Of a stretch of DNA of 64,000 nucleotides, positions 29,073 through 44,399 are shown piece by piece. The translations under genes were made by a program, and so were the position numbers. The notes under the pieces were generated by a model. It was not told the origin of the DNA. It saw only the letters and a program-made list of their open reading frames with translations, and did no database searches. Position 1 is the stretch's first letter, and each line of letters begins with the position of its first letter. The DNA comes from the human T2T-CHM13v2.0 reference genome, Homo sapiens, in NCBI RefSeq assembly GCF_009914755.1, contig NC_060945.1. The stretch is one strand, 5' to 3'.

Positions 29073-29990
29073 ACTGAGCCATGTGCAGCTAGGGGTGTGG
29101 TAACACAAGCACCCCTGTGGCCAACACCACTTGGATGGTGCTGGGTCAGACTTGAAGCACAGAACTAGGTCTAGCTCAAAGCCTGCTGTGCCCACTTCCT
29201 GTCTACCACTAAGATTGTTCAAAGCCCTGGGGCTCTACAATCAGCATGTGGCCAAGCCAGCCAGGCTTGTTTCCTTTCCTTCAGAGCAGTTAGTTTCCCC
29301 AGGCCCCAGGCCCAAGCAGGTCCAGAGATGCCATCCAGGAGCCAGGGACCAAAGTCCAAAACTTGGAAATCTCCTGAGTGCTCTATATTACTGTGACTAA
29401 GCTAGCACTCAAAGCATGAGATAAAGTCCTTTCCACTCTGTGCTGCCATTTCTACAGGCAGAGGAGCCTCTCCCTGTGGCCACCACTACTAAAGGCTTAT
29501 GTGTACCACTGTCAGACTACTACTGATATTTACTTAAGGCCCAAGCAATCTTCAATCTGGTTGTGGAAAATGCTGCCAGGCCTGGGTCTCACCCTGCAGG
29601 ACAGTGGGCTCCAAAGTTCCCTTTACTTTTCCCTTTGCTTTTCTCAGGCAGAAGGATTCTTTCACCATTGCCACCAGAACTGGGAATCTGCTTCATCTCA
29701 CCTGAAGCTAGTACATTTCAGAGTCTCACCCAAAACCCACAATGCACCTCATGGCCACTGCCAGGGGATGTGGGAAGGGTGGTGTCAATGATTCTAGAGT
29801 GTCTTTCCTGACCTGCTCAGTGCCTCTTTCAGGCATATAAAATTAAAATGAAGTATTGTGATTGCTCACCTGATTTTTGGTTCATCTGATGGTTTTGTGT
29901 GTGTGTGTGTAAATAGTTGTTAAATTTGCTGATTCTTTGGGGATGATAGCTAGTGAAGACTTCCATTTGAGCATCTTGCTCTACTCTTTC
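27700..29990 (-). mobile_element. Old L1 (L1M/L1MA) 5' half: 5' UTR plus degenerate ORF1
   Basis: ORF 27975-28376 encodes ORF1-like FNPKKTISRDLIIKLPKVKDKERVIKAARGKKQ; the 5' start gagcaagatgctcaaatggaag lies near 29985; (CT)n at 29029-29072 is inside the UTR. Confidence 0.88.
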
Positions 29991-30029
29991 TGATTTGCAT
30001 TTTATGTCACTTGTATATGGAAGAATTTC

Positions 30030-30260
30030 TTTTTTTATTGACAAATGATCGTTGTATTTATGGGGTAAAAAGTGGTGTTAAATTTTTTAATACAATGTGG
30101 AATAATTAAATCAAGTTAATTAACATACTCTTTACCTCAGATATTAAAATTTTCATTAGAATATTTAAAATTTACTTTCTTAGTAAAATTTAAATGTATA
30201 CTACTCAACTACTAGGATAATCAACATGCTGTATATTGATCTCAGAAAAGTTAAAAATCA
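30030..30260 (-). mobile_element. L1MA (about L1MA8-10) 3' end fragment
   Basis: ttttattgacaaat...gtatttatggggta...aatgtggaataattaaatcaagttaattaacata. Confidence 0.65.
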
Positions 30261-30589
30261 GTTATTCCAGCATAGTTACATACTTATATAAGAATATATG
30301 TTTATTTGCTTTTCTTGACGTTTTCCCAAGTGCAATTCTGAAATGAGAAATATTTTTAATTACTTAAAATATATGCTGTCAGTAATAATGAGGAATGTGG
30401 TAATCTGTGTAATTTACTAAATTGTTGCTCATCCCGTTTATTAGAAAAGCATTTCTATTGAAATAACAAACCCTTAAGTCAAAGCAGTAAAGAAGAATTT
30501 GAAAAAATAGTTAAATTATGGGTTTTTTGCAATTTAATGGAGTAATTTTGGCCATGGAATCCAATAATTAAAAAAAAAAAAAAAATGGA

Positions 30590-30845
30590 GGCCGGGCGTG
30601 GTGGTTCACACCTGTAATCCCAGCACTTTGAGAGGCCGAGGTGGGCGGATGAGAAGGTCAGGAGATTGAGACCATCCTGGCTAACACGGCGAAACCCCAT
30701 CTCTACTAAAAATATAAAAAATTAGCCGGGCGTGGTGGAGGGTGCCTGTAGTCCCAGCTACTGGGGAGGCTGAGGCAGTGGTGTGATCTGCACCACTGCA
30801 CTCCAGCCTGGGCAACAGAGCGAGACTCCGTCTCAAAAAACAAAA
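30590..30845 (+). mobile_element. AluY-like with a right-arm internal deletion
   Basis: TSD A(n)TGGA(G) on both sides; gctgaggcag is joined directly to tggtgtgatctgcaccactgc. Confidence 0.95.
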
Positions 30846-31307
30846 AAAAAATGGAGTCTGGGTTTTTATATTTATAGATTTTTCCTTTCTTTTTTTTTGG
30901 AGTTTCTCATTTTTTATTAAATTGTACTCAAGTAATAGCCTCTGTGGAATTGAAAATTAAGGATATTTGCTCTCCACTACAAATAATTTGGAAAGCAATG
31001 GTTTAGCCAGTATTTTCAATAACTGTTAACTGACAAACTAGATCAAGACCGCAAAGTTAACAAGACGCCAACATCTCAGCAAATAGGAGAGGTGTCTAGA
31101 AAACGGCACAGGTTGCCAAAATTTAGGACTGCTGGTTTAACTTGATTCATCCTTTAAGTTCCTTTCTTCATTTTGTTTGCAGATAGACTTCGTGTTTGGC
31201 TCACTTTTAATGAGATCTTCTCATTATCTACTATGCAAGTATGTATGAGGATATTTTTTAAATACACTTATATTTATAGGTTTCAAATATTTCCTTTTCT
31301 TAGTCCT

Positions 31308-33898
31308 TGTATTAGTCCACTTACATGCTGCTGATAAATACTACCCAAGACTGGGAAGAAAAAGAGGTTTAATTGGACATGGCTGGGGAGGCCTCAGAAT
31401 CGTGGCGGGAGGAGAAAGGCACTTCTTACATGGCAGCAGCAAGAGAAAATTAGGAAGAAGCAGAAGTGGAAACCCCTGATAAACCCATCAGATCTCCTGA
31501 GACTTATGTACTATCATGAGAATAGCACGGGAAAGACTGGCCGCAATGATTCAATTACCTCCCCCTGGGTCCCTCCCACAACATGTAGGAATTCTGGGAG
31601 ACACAATTCAATTTGAGATTTCAGTAGGGACACAGCCAAACCATATTGTTCCACCCTCGCCTCCTCCAATTCTCATGTCCTCATATTTCAAAACCAATTA
31701 TGCCTTCCCAACAGTCTCCCAATGTCTTAACTCATTTTAGCATTAACCCAAAAGTCCACAATCCAAAGTCTTATTTGAGACAAGGCAAGTCCCTTCTGCC
31801 TATGAGCCTGTAAAATCAAAAGCAAGCTAGTTACTTTCTAGATAAAATGGGGGTACAGGTATTGGGTAAATACAGCTATTCCAAATGGGAGAAATTGGCC
31901 AAAACAAAGGGATTACAGGGCCCATGCCATTCTGAAATCCAGCAAGGCAGTCAAATTTTAAAGCTCCAAAATTATCTCTTTGTCTCCAGGTCTCACACAC
32001 AAGTGACACTGATGCAAGAGGTGGGTTCCCATGGTCTTGGGCAGCTCCATCCCTGTGACTTTCCAGGGTACAGCCTCCCCCCCGGCTGCTTTCATGGGCT
32101 GGCATTAAGTGCCTGTGGCTTTTCCAGGCACATGGTGCAAGTTGTAAGTGGATCTACCATTCTGGGCTCTGGAGGATGGTGGCCCTCTTCTCACAGCTCC
32201 ACTAGGCAGTGCCCCAGTAAGGACTCTGTGTGGAGGCTCTGACCACACATTTCTATTCTGCACTGTCCTAGCAGAGGTTCTCCTTGAGGGCCCTGCCCCT
32301 GCAGCAAACTTTTGCCTGGGCATCCAGGCATTTCCATACATCTTCTGAAATGTAGATGGAGATTCCCAAACCTCAATTATTGACTTCTGTGCACCTGCAG
32401 GCTCAACACCATGTGCAAGGTGCCAAGGCTTGGGGCTTCCACCCTCTGAAGCCACAGCCCAAACTCTGTGTTGGCCCCTTTCAGTGTGGCTGGAGCAGCT
32501 GAGAAACAGAGCACCAAGTCCCTAGGCTGCACACAGCACAGGGACCCTGGGACCAGCCCACAAAACCACTTTTTCCTCCTGGGCCTCAGGGCCTGTGATG
32601 GGAGGGTTTGCCATGAAGATCTCTGACATGGCCTGAAGACATTTTCCCCATGGTCTTGGGGATTAACATTAGGCTCCCTAGGCCGGGTGCAGTGGCTCAT
32701 GCCTGTAATCCCAGTACTTTGGGAGGCCAAGGTGGGCGGATCAGGAGGTCGGGAGATCCAGACCATCCTGGCTAATACGGTGAAACCCCGTCTCTACTGA
32801 AAATACAAAAAATTAGCTGGGCATGGCGGCAGGTGCCTGTAGTCCCAGCTATTCTGGAGGCTTAAGCAGGAGACTGGTGTGAACCCAGGAGGCGGAGCTT
32901 GCAGTGAGCTGAGATCACGCCACTGCACTCCAGCCTGGGCAACAGAGCGAGACTCCATCTCAAAAAAAGACAAACAAAACAACACGACAACAAAAAATTA
33001 GGCTACCTGCTACTTATGCAAATGTCTGCAGTGGGCTTGATTTTCTCCTGCAAGATGAGTTTTTCTTCTATATAGCAGAGTCAGGCTGCAAATTTTCCAA
33101 ACTTTTATGCTCTGCTTCCCTTATAAAACTGAATGCCTTTAGCAGCACACAAATCACCTCTTGAAAGCTTTGGTGCTTAGGAATTTCTTCTGCCAGATAC
33201 ACTAAATCATCTCTCTAAAGATCAAAGCTTCACAAATCTCTAGGGCAGGGGCAAAATGCCACCAGTCTGCTAAAACATAACAAGAGTCACCTTTGCTCTA
33301 ATTCCCAACAAATTTCTCATCTCCATCTGAGACCACCTCAGCCTGGTTTTTATGGTCCATATTGCTATCAGCATTTTGGGCAAAGCCATTCAACAAGTCT
33401 TTAGGTGGTTCCAAATTTTCCCACATTTTCTTGTCGTCTTCTGAGCCCTTCAAACTGTTCCAATCTCTGCCTCTTACCCAGTTCCAAAGTCACTTCCACA
33501 TTTTCGGGTATCTTTTCAGCAACACCCCACGATACTGGTACCAATTTATTGAATTAGTCTGTTTTCACACTGCTGATAAAGACATACCCGAGACTGGAAA
33601 GAAAAAGAGGTTTAATTGAACTTACTCTTCTACATGCCTGGGGAGGCCTCAGAATCATGGCAGGAGGCGAAAGGAGCTTCTTACATGGTGGTGGCAAGAG
33701 AAAAATAAGAAGCAAAAGCAGAAACCCCTGATAAACTCATCAGATCTCCTGGGATTTATTCACTATCATGAGAATAGCACAGGAAAGACCAGCCCCCATG
33801 ATTCAATTACATCCCCCTGAGTCCCTCCTACAACGTGGGAATTCTGGGAGATACAATTAAAGTTGAGATTTGGGTGGGGACACAGTCAAACCATATCA
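31308..33898 (-). mobile_element. Full-length THE1A MaLR (LTR 31308-31648, THE1-int, LTR 33550-33898)
   Basis: Two co-oriented THE1A LTRs flank THE1-int; TSD GTCCT (31303-31307) / GTCTT (33899-33903). Confidence 0.95.
32681..32996 (+). mobile_element. AluY inserted in THE1A-int
   Basis: Full dimer; TSD attaggctccct / attaggctacct. Confidence 0.96.
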
Positions 33899-34255
33899 GT
33901 CTTCTACCTATTTCATGAGAATAGTTGATACACAAGTGACATTATTCAGTCTCTATATTATAATATTGCAGAATTTAACACCACTGATATTGATCCTATT
34001 CTTATTATAATTCCACAGTTAGTTGCAATTTCTTTGCTCATACCCTAATTAGAAGAAAGTATACTTTCTTCAGTACCTATCAATGCATTACAGAATGGTT
34101 CCCATGCATGTCATTCCTGCGGTCTTCTTGGTGAAATTCCAACTCAGAAATTACTTGTTTTTTTAAAAAATGTGGATAATAAAAATGCTCTTTAAGATTT
34201 AAATATTGTATTGATTTCTAATGCTGAACCACTTAAAATAAAAAAAAATTAATTA

Positions 34256-34293
34256 AGTGCTGGGATTACAGGCGTGAGCCACAGCACTCGGCC
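34256..34293 (-). mobile_element. Isolated Alu 5' head fragment (~38 nt)
   Basis: aagtgctgggattacaggcgtgagccacagcactcggcc. Confidence 0.85.
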
Positions 34294-34384
34294 ACTATTT
34301 ATTTTTTAAGCAACTTTTATGTGATATAAATTGCTTTTATGCTTCTCCAAGACTGAAATCCTAAATAAAATAATATGTTATGGT

Positions 34385-34675
<291 letters not shown>

Positions 34676-35362
34676 TTACAACTTTAGTGGTGTACTTATT
34701 TTGTTCATATTTTATTTTAAATCACACATTCAATACTTGAAATGGAAAAACGATCTTTGTTTTTTGATTCTTTTAAACTTCTGTATACCATTTTTGGTAT
34801 AAGTATCCTTAAAAATCAGAGATTTTTTCTAATTTTTCTAATTAATCTATTGTGTCAACAATAGATAATTTTTACATGTTTTTAAAGTTCAAAATAAGGA
34901 ATACTCTAAATTTGTTTATCTATTGTCATTATTTACTGAGTTATATGGTAGCAATGAAAAAATAATTAAAAAGTACAAGAATAAGAGTATCTGAGGAATT
35001 CCACCAAATTGACAAAATTTTGGAAGTACAATTTTGGGAAACTATAAATTAGTAAAGTAAATTCCTTTATATGTAATGTACTGGGAATCCAGCCAAAATA
35101 GCATTTTTATTTTTCTTAGTCTACAAAGAACCCCTTGCTCCAGGAAAGCAGTAGAGGCAAAATTGGTGGAAAAGGAAGGCAATGCAAGGAAATCTCTTTT
35201 TTTCTCTCTAAAACGATGACATTTCTCTGAAGTTTTGACTTACACATTTTTCTATCTTTTAAGTATCATGGTTATATGTATAAAGTTTATATTTTGTACT
35301 GAACATTAAGTCACAGTAGAAAATTTACATTAAACAACATTTAGACTAACTGCTTATGTTAA

Positions 35363-35860
35363 CCCTTTACTCGTTTGCCCAGAGAATACTCCCCGGCAGC
35401 ACTTGCACTCTAGATAACTTTGCCACGATATATCTTGCTTTTATTGTTACTTTGGCATCGCTGTAGTTTATTGACTTTGGAAACAAAAGACATCATTCTA
35501 TTTATAGCATTCTGTTTTTAGTAGTGGTATTTCAATTTACAAAATACAGTAATTCTCAATTGCTGAAAATGTCAACTCCTAGAAAACGTAGCTCCTTCTC
35601 GTGCTGTTAACATCGTTCTCGAACAGCTGTTCGCGGAAGATTCATTTGATGAATCTGATTTTTCCAAAATAGATGATTCTCATGATTCAGATGATTCTGA
35701 TGTTAGTTCTGATTACGAATAACTCCAAGAACAGTTTTTATATTCTATTTCCTCATTGAAAATCAGTTAGATTTGGTTTAGCTTCAAAGAGCATGTTTAC
35801 GTAAAATTAAATGAGTACTGGCAGTGAGCTGCACTTTTTTATTTCTAAACAAGAAAAGGG
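35363..35860 (+). mobile_element. MER75 piggyBac-family MITE
   Basis: TTAA|CCCTTTACTCGTTT ... AAACAAGAAAAGGG|TTAA gives TTAA TSDs and CCC/GGG TIRs; internal transposase N-terminal remnant MSTPRKRS...LEQLFAEDSFDESDFSKIDDS. Confidence 0.93.
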
Positions 35861-35959
35861 TTAAATCTTATATAATTCAAGTTTATTGGTAGTATCAACA
35901 GTACTGATAGTAGTAATTGTAATCATAGGATGGTGGCACTAATTACAAAAAGGTATTGG

Positions 35960-36298
35960 TAATAATAGCTAAGGATTATTGAGTGCTTACCCTGTGATTA
36001 GAATGATGCTAAGCTCTTTGAATTTATAATCACTTTTTTGCCTATCACAATAGGTGAGAGGCATTATTATTTAAGTGAGAGCCATAATATATTTTATGGG
36101 ATGCATTTAGAATGAACAAGAATGAAGCTGGCAACACCAAAGAAGAGGCTCTGCATTGGGTAGATATTGAGGGTTTGGTTAAGGCTGAATGCTAAGAATA
36201 TGTTGAGAAACAGAAAGGTCACGCAGACGATGAGTGATAAAGCTCGTTCGAATGCGGGTCTCATGATCACGGGTCAACGTGCTTAACCATTCAGCACC
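35960..36298 (-). mobile_element. MIR fragments (35960-36070 and 36215-36298)
   Basis: aataatagctaa..attattgagtgcttac and aaggtcacgcag...ttcgaa...cttaaccattcagcac. Confidence 0.6.
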
Positions 36299-36321
36299 TT
36301 TTCATTGGTTCTAATAAGTGG

Positions 36322-36593
36322 TAGTATATGCAGTAGCTAAGATTCTTAATTCTGGGGTCAGACTTTCTTGCTTTAAAGTTTCTTTCGACCACAGCTGTCT
36401 ATTCACTAGGCTGATGTTGGATAAATTACTTCATTGATCTATGCCTTTGTTTTCGCATATGTAAAATGGAGATGATAATAGGGACTCCTTACTAAGATAG
36501 GTGTAAAGATGACATGGATTTATAGCTACCATATATTTGAAAAGTTTCAAAGAGTGCCTGGCACATAGTAAGCACTGCGTGTTTGCTATCATT
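36322..36593 (+). mobile_element. MIR SINE, near full length
   Basis: tctggggtcagact...aaattacttc...tgtaaaatggagatgataata...gtgcctggcacatagtaagcact. Confidence 0.85.
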
Positions 36594-37358
36594 TCTTAAG
36601 GCCCAATTCCCTATTGGGAAGGCTGAAAGCTTTGTAGGTTTATAGTTTATATGATTCTTTGACACTTTTTTAGCAGTTTATTTGTTTTATTGGTTACATA
36701 GTTATATTTATTTAGACATAGCTAACTAATATTATAAGACACCATAATTGCATTTTATCCAGGTAGAAGCAATAGTTATACAATCATTTCTTTTAATGCC
36801 ATCAGCAAATAAAGGTGGAAGGCAGGTAAAATTTTTTTAAATGCTGTGTCTAGATATTTCTAACACGTTTTTCTAGCCAGATGTGGATTTGAGATTTTAA
36901 AAGCACATATACTACTTGGTATAGGTGATTCTAAAAAGAGCAGTTGTCAGTATTTGTAACATTATCAATTGTTAATGCGCAAAATAAAGTATCCAGAAGA
37001 CAGAAGAGGAGACGGCATAGACATTCTCTTCGGGCAACAGGACTAGCAGGTTTACTATGAGTTTTACAACCCAAAGCGAGTATGTTTCTAAAATCTTGCA
37101 TATGGCTTTGCACATGAGTAAGTGAAAATGTGATGTTATAAGGTGATAGCAGCTTTGCATTCCTGTCCAAAATAAACATTTTAAGATACATTGTGTAGAC
37201 GTGCTCCTTGGGGAATGGAATTAAATAATTTTCTTTAGCAGCCAACCAGTAAAACTGAGACTCTGTTATCAGAACAGAGAGTATCTACTGCAAATTTCCA
37301 GATACTTTCAGTAAAATCTATTTATGATATAAGGCATTTATAGAATTGATTTAGCCAT

Positions 37359-37654
37359 TGATATGAGCTGAAAAATTTATATGTTGAAGTCTTAACACCA
37401 GTACTTCAGAAAGTGACCATGTTTTGAGTTAGGGTGTTTACACAGGTAATAAAATAAGGCCTTTAGAGTGGGCCGTAGTCCAGTATCACTGATGTTCTTA
37501 TAAAAAAGAGGAAATTTAGACACAGATGTACAGAGGAAAGACAGTGTGAAGACACAGAAAGAAGACAGCCACCTACAAGCCAAGGAATGAGGTGAGGCTG
37601 GACAAAATTTTTCCTCACGGTCCTCAGCAGGAATCAACTCTGAAAATACCTTGG
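37359..37654 (+). mobile_element. MLT1B-like LTR, interrupted by an MST insertion
   Basis: atatgttgaagtcttaac...cttataaaaaagaggaaatttagacacaga...gtgaagacacag...acaagccaagga...aggaatcaactctgaaaataccttg. Confidence 0.8.
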
Positions 37655-40150
<2,496 letters not shown>

Positions 40151-43100
40151 CTGATGTTGGAATGACTTTTCTGGGCCCAGAGCTTGGGAATGTGGGCTAT
40201 GGCCTTGCGTCTGATTTCCATTTTTTTTTTATGATGTCTAAGTACCATTGAAGATGCCAGCAGTGCCTATTTTCCCGCAAATATTATTATCTTGAACAGA
40301 TTCAAACTGAACTTTCCCAGGGCACTTTATTCCTGTAGGGATGGCCCAGATGCAAGATACTGTGAGTAAACAAGTGTAGAGTGTATTTTATTCCCTTAAA
40401 TAATTCATCAAATTGAGGTAATAAATAAATAAATAAATAATCAAATAAATTATAATACATCATTATAAATGCGATAATACCTAGACAGTGTTATAGTATC
40501 ACGAAGATAGGCGGAGGGCGAGAAATTCAAGCAGAGGAGTGAGAAGTCATTGCCTACTTCTGGTTTTGAAGCAGATGGGCCATTTGCTATAATTAAAGTA
40601 GAGATGTGTAAGAAACTGCCTGTTCTTCATTGTCTGGCCTCCTGGAGAGAACTTTTACCTTTGTTCCAATTTAATTTGGACTCGTCAGAGAAGTCATTAT
40701 TTCCAGACCCACCAATTGGGTGGTGCTAAAAGAACATTACATTCTTATTTTATACATGATACAAGTCTCTATTGTACAGTATGAGTTTTTATAACCTTGG
40801 ATATGAATGACTGATTAATTAGATATCACAAATTACATACTTAAAGCTGCTGTTGGTTTGAATGACTAACAAAAGGAATCTACACCTTGCACGTCAGAAA
40901 AATCAGAATAATTCAAATATCCATCATTAACCCTGTCATTCTTCTTTATTCCTTTGGCCAATGTAGGATGACCTGCAACAAAAATAAAGTAAGATCAGGG
41001 CTAGAGGTGACAGAGGTTTGTTTGCAGATTGAAGAGAAATGAAGAAAGTGATGTTTTTATTTTTTCAGTTTTGACCTAGATAATTTGGATTTTCTTGTAA
41101 TAATTGTAATAATGAAATGGTTGTTACTGAAGTTATTTAATAAAATTGGTTATTGCATGTCTGACCCCTCAGTTCCTCATTGAAACAAAAGTTTTAAGAC
41201 CTTTCTAGATCATGTAAGATTTCTCAAGAGTGCAAGTATGACATTATCAAGGGAAATGCATTTTATTTCTGAACACAACTAAAAATTCAGGTAGATATAG
41301 GTCTGAAACTTACATGGTACCTAACACATATAATTAATTTTGTAAATGACTGACTCATGAATACTATGAAAATTATAATTACAAGATAAAAATATCAGAT
41401 ATGATATTCCATACATATACTTATATCACCTTGTATCAATCACTAATATATTTTAACTTTGGAAGCATTGGCTTTAGTAAGGAGATATGTGTGTGTAGTT
41501 ATAAACATATATTTATATGCATTTTGATATTATATTTACATGCATTTTGATATTAAGCATTATTATTTTTTGTTCTGGGAAAAGAAAAAGTCCTCTATCA
41601 TTTATTAATTTTAAAAATTGAGTTTTAGTGGCCTGCATAATCTTACATTAGTACATTGAATTTGTAGGTATACATTCTTGCAATATATTCACTATATATT
41701 AGAAAAATGTCTATAGACTTCATGAAACACAGCTGTGGTAAAGTAGGTCAAAATTCTTTTCATAACAAATCTAATGTGTACTTGAATATAACATTTATTA
41801 AGAAAATTAGAACTCTTTCTTATAATCCAGGTCAATGCCAAGCTTACTTTGGAAATGTGAAGTGAAACATTAATTTACTTAAATTATTTATTTGAAAGCA
41901 TAAAATATTTTAAGTACTGGTTTGGTAAACTATTCAAAGAATTGATGCGAAAAGGTAGTATTTACTTCATTTATAAGATAATTTATCTACTCTATTTTAT
42001 TAATAGATTTTAAACTTGGCCAAAAAAATGGATAGACATACATTTTGTAAAGAAGTGTGTTTTTAATTTACCTTCTCATAGCAATATAGAATAAACACAA
42101 TTATCTAATGTGCTTGAGTTTTAAATATTGAGGCCTTATCTGTCTTTTTAAATGTAATTATGTCAATATATTTTACATTTTTTAAGGGTTGTGTTAAATA
42201 TTGGTCAAAATTGTAGACACTTTAATTTTATTGATTGTAGAAAAACAACACGGAGGAGTTTCTGCACTGGAACACAAGCCTTCCGCCTGCCCCACAGGCC
42301 ACCCAGCCACCAGTATGGTTTTTTGTGCTGTGGTGAGAGGATGGGGTATGTGCTACTTATCCTCATTCCACACTATGTGATTCCAATTTTATTCTGGGTT
42401 CTGGTGCACAAAAGGGTGAGTCTACGAATAGACCAACTTTGAAGGACTTACAAAGGTAGACATATATTATCTATACACATCAAATTGTTTTATAAAAGTG
42501 CATTGATCAAAATTGTACCTTTATATATAAGAAGAAGCAATGTAAACTGCCTGGTTAAAAATTATTCACTAAATTTTGGGTATGCATATTCACTATTGGG
42601 ATGAATATAGAAGTAAAATAACAACAAAAACACATCAAACTAAAAACTTTGCATTGGGTATACTTTTGGTGCCATTTGCACATGCTTTCTACTTGCCTTA
42701 GATTGGCTTGATCACACTTGCTCCCTGAGCTTTTTGTTCAGTAAATAGCATTGGCTAGCTCTACCATTGCCTGGTGCCCTAAGACAGGCATGTTATTCTC
42801 TCCAGAGGAAACACAGGCAATATTTGTGCTTGCAAAAGATAGAAGGGCATCTCTTTGCCAATTAAGGCACGGATTTCAAAAGTGAGTCCCATGAGATTGC
42901 ACCCACATTGAATACTTGCATTTAAGCTTTACCTCTATTTTTCTAGAGTATCCAGGTTATAAAATGTCTGCATCTGAAAAAGTCTTATATTATGCTTTTT
43001 CTATAAAAACCCCAACAAGCTTCAGCTTTTGTTATATAGATACAGAATATAATTTATATGAATTAATTTTAATAAAATATTTATTTCATTTACATGTTGT

Positions 43101-44049
43101 ATTAGTCAGGGTTCTCTAGAGGGACAGAACTAATAGGATATATATACATATATATATATCTGAACATGTATATGTATAAAGAAGAATTTATTAAGTATTA
43201 ACTTACATGATCACAAGGTCCCACAATAGGCTGTCTACAAGCTGAGGAGCAAGGAGAGCCAGTGCAAGTCCCAAAACTGAAGAACTTGGAGTGCAATATT
43301 TGAGGGCAGGAAGCATCCAGCATGGGAGAAAGATGTAGGCTGAGGGGCTAGACCAGTCTCTCCTTTTTACGTTTTTCTGCCTGCCTTATATTCCCTGGCA
43401 GCTCATTAGATGGTGCCAACCAGATAAATGGTAGATCTGCCTTCTCCAGCCCACTGACTCATCCTTCAATCCAATCAAGTTGACAGTATTAACTATCACA
43501 AGTCCACCCCTTGTCAACTTGAACTCATACACATCTGAGATCATACATAATCTTCAAATAAAGACAATAATAAGGTCCTAATTATGCCTAACATACTATA
43601 ACTATCCTTCATACAACCAGAAACACACCAATCCCCAACTCAAATACTATTACATAAAGTTAACAATACTTAAATGCTGACGTGAAGTCAGTAAGTATTA
43701 TGACATATGATAAAGGAAAAGGAAATAAAATAAAGATGATTTCTTAGTACAAGTGTATACATGCACAAACATGTTTTTAACAAAAGAAGGAGGAAATTCT
43801 CATGACAGTTATAGTCCCCATTTCTGCAACTGGTCACATGGTCATAACTGGTATTGATGACTACCTTCTTCTACTACCCATTCTGTATTCCCTTTGCCTT
43901 CAGCAAGCACCTCAGCAGGTCATGGTTTTTTTCCCTGGTGGGAGTTACCCAAACCTTTATTCCTGAGGGGTCTGGGCCATTCGTAGTCCTGCCTGGATTG
44001 GGCTGTTGTAGTTTCCCATGGACCTTAATCACAGGACATGGTAATACTA

Positions 44050-44391
44050 AGAGATGTCTTAATGGTCTCCTGTACTCCATGCATACTCCTTACCTCCATT
44101 GTGGAGTAGTAGACTGATTTCATCTTGATAATCTGGGCCAACCACCCCATCCAACACTGTAACTCCCTTCTTTGCCTATTGACTTAAAAGTAGGAGGAGC
44201 CCAAAGTGTCCAGGTGGCAATCTTAACTTCCAGTTTAATGGAATTCTTGTTGTGTCTCCTGGTGGCAGCATTCCTCCCTCTGGAACTAAGAAGTCTAGGC
44301 CAGCAGAACATAGTGTCATGGGAATAGGAAGCAAAAATTGTCCTAGTGAATCCCTAGGGGTGATGGTGAGTGGTGCCACTTCAACTTCCAC
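44050..44391 (-). pseudogene. HERV-L dUTPase, degenerate
   Basis: SAGLDFLVPEGGMLPPGDTTRIPLNWKLRLPPGHFGLL lies downstream of the integrase, the ERV-L arrangement. Confidence 0.85.
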
Positions 44392-44399
44392 CCCTTGAT

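Noticed and set aside
31827-32766. Dense overlapping ORFs on both strands
   Set aside because: They derive from GC-richer THE1-int and Alu sequence, with no intact coding frame.
36240-36298. tRNA-like GTTCGAA motif
   Set aside because: Explained by the tRNA-derived head of a MIR; no cloverleaf can be formed.
41518-41554. Direct repeat tgcattttgatatta, two copies
   Set aside because: A simple local tandem duplication in AT-rich DNA, not an array.
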